Of a stretch of 64,000 nucleotides of DNA, positions 62,605-64,000 are shown piece by piece. The first letter of the stretch is position 1; each line of letters opens with the position of its first letter. This DNA comes from a virus (lineage: Duplodnaviria; Caudoviricetes), in the IMG/VR virus record IMGVR_UViG_2795386114_000004, positions 4,641-68,640 of that record; one strand, 5' to 3'. The notes under the pieces are model-generated. The model was given only the letters and a program-made list of their open reading frames with translations, did not search any database and had not been told where the DNA came from. The position numbers were made by a program, and so were the translations under genes.

Positions 62605-63777
62605 ATGACGCTCCACGAAGTGGAGGACGGGCGGTCCGCGCTGGGCCGCTCGCTCCTTGAGCGCAACGACCTCACACCCGACTGGGCCCCGTCCTTCGAG
62701 GCTGTACCGCGATCCGCGTTCCTGCCGGAGCAGATCTGGCCGTACGACATGGACTCAGGCACATCCGTCTCCGTACGCCTCGAGGACGAGCCGGGGCTGT
62801 GGTTCTCGTACGCCAACGCCAACGTGCCGATCGTGACCCAGTGGGACGACGGCGCGAGCGACGGGCCCGGCGGCCAGTCCACGTCGTCCGCGTCCATGCC
62901 GTCCGTCGTCTTCCGCATGCTGCGCGACCTGGACGTCGAGGCCGGACACCGCGTGCTGGAGATCGGCACCGGCACCGGCTGGAACGCCGCCCTCCTGGCC
63001 CACAGGCTGGGAGTGGAAAACGTCACGAGCATCGAGATCGACGCGGGCGTGGCGAACGCGGCCCGCGACCGTCTCGGAGCAGCTGGACTGCTCGGCGTGG
63101 TCCTCACCCGTGACGGGGCACTCGGCGATCCATCGGGGGCGCCGTACGACCGCCTCATCGCCACCGCCGGCTTGCGCCAGATTCCTGGGGCGTGGGTCGA
63201 ACAAGTCCGGCCTGGTGGGCTGATCCTGGCGCCGTGGGGCACGCACTACAGCAACGGGGACGCCACCGTTCGGCTGACCGTCGCCGAAGACGGATCCAGC
63301 GCCTCGGGGAGCTTCACGGGACCAGTGGAGTTCATGAAGCTGCGGGCCCAGCGGCTGCCGTTCGCCAGCCACGACGAGTACGTGCCTGATGGGGTGGGAT
63401 CCGCGCGGCGGTCGACGGCACGGGTGACCGAGGACGAGCTGCTCGGCGAGGGCCGCTTCGATCCCCGGACGTTCGCGATCGGGTTGCGGGTCCGCGACTG
63501 CTACCACGTGGCCGCGGAGAAGCGGGACGGCGCGCGTCCCGTGTGGTTCTACGGCCTCGGCGAGGACCGCTCCTGGGCGTGCGTCATGTTCCGCGACGAG
63601 GGCCCGACCTCCGTGTGGCAGTCGGGGCAGCGGAAGCTGTTCGACGAGGTGTCTGAGGCGCTGAGCTGGTGGCGGGATGCCGGCCAGCCGGGCTTTGAGC
63701 GTTTCGGGCTGACCGTGACCGCCGCAGGTGAGCACAGCGTGTGGCTCGATGCGCCGGAGTCCGCTTGGGCGGTGTGA
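62605..63777 (+). CDS. Protein L-isoaspartyl O-methyltransferase (PIMT) homolog with C-terminal extension
   Basis: VPRSAF, TSSASMP, VLEIGTGTGWNAALL, YDRLIAT, PGGLI, FMKLR, WWRDAGQP..RFGLTV..VWLD. Confidence 0.92.
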   Translation: MTLHEVEDGRSALGRSLLERNDLTPDWAPSFEAVPRSAFLPEQIWPYDMDSGTSVSVRLEDEPGLWFSYANANVPIVTQWDDGASDGPGGQSTSSASMPSVVFRMLRDLDVEAGHRVLEIGTGTGWNAALLAHRLGVENVTSIEIDAGVANAARDRLGAAGLLGVVLTRDGALGDPSGAPYDRLIATAGLRQIPGAWVEQVRPGGLILAPWGTHYSNGDATVRLTVAEDGSSASGSFTGPVEFMKLRAQRLPFASHDEYVPDGVGSARRSTARVTEDELLGEGRFDPRTFAIGLRVRDCYHVAAEKRDGARPVWFYGLGEDRSWACVMFRDEGPTSVWQSGQRKLFDEVSEALSWWRDAGQPGFERFGLTVTAAGEHSVWLDAPESAWAV

Positions 63778-63790
63778 GCGGCCCGTGACC

Positions 63791-63832
63791 GGCCCCGTCT
63801 GTCCGTTACCCCCGTGGCGGATGGGCGGGGCC
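63791..63832 (+). terminator. Long hairpin between convergent genes
   Basis: GGCCCCGTCTGTCCGTTAC / GTGGCGGATGGGCGGGGCC pairs fully using G-U wobbles on the plus strand. Confidence 0.6.
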
Positions 63833-63835
63833 TTC

Positions 63836-64000
63836 TCAGTCCACCAAGACGGAGACGCGAAGGTCGAGAACGGCGGCAATCCTCAGCAGATCTCCGTAGC
63901 GGACATCGACTTCGCCGCGCTCGATGCGCTGGAGATTGCGCCGGCTGATCCCGGTGGCCTCGCACAGGGACTCTTGGGTGTGGTGCGCCGCGGTCCGTAA
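63836..64000 (-). CDS. XRE-family HTH protein, 5' end beyond the window; contains a TTA codon
   Basis: Manual translation LRTAAHHTQESLCEATGISRRNLQRIERGEVDVRYGDLLRIAAVLD..; first visible codon is TTA. Confidence 0.8.
   Translation of the reverse strand, partial: LRTAAHHTQESLCEATGISRRNLQRIERGEVDVRYGDLLRIAAVLDLRVSVLVD

Overview
High-GC (about 70%) DNA with Streptomyces-like codon usage. Most of the window is a temperate HK97-type siphovirus (probably a prophage); no integrase or att site is visible. Left to right: (i) 0.1-13.7 kb, replication and early genes: HTH initiator-like gene with internal iteron-like repeats, DUF5131, a free-standing LAGLIDADG endonuclease, HU, WhiB, and a LAXTG micropeptide coupled to a hyaluronan/chitin-synthase-like GT2; (ii) 13.7-31.5 kb, an apparently separately regulated accessory block: two unusual tRNA-like genes (anticodons UAA and UAU), DUF932, many translationally coupled small ORFs, a membrane/HTH protein whose gene contains a dense CGTACCCG array, and morons (lipoproteins, nitroreductase, IS5 remnant); (iii) 31.8-55.7 kb, the late operon: HNH, cos-like region, terminases, portal, protease, capsid, methyltransferase and glycosyltransferase, head-tail and tail genes, chaperone with a -1 frameshift, tape measure with SLT domain, tail tip/fibre and lysis genes; (iv) 55.8-64 kb, cargo: secreted DUF1524 nuclease, DUF6233 with a LexA-like box, HAD/XRE/DUF6415 genes, and a DG-containing short peptide next to a PIMT-like methyltransferase (imiditide/pamtide-like RiPP pair). 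All family names come from reading motifs by eye; no database searches were run.
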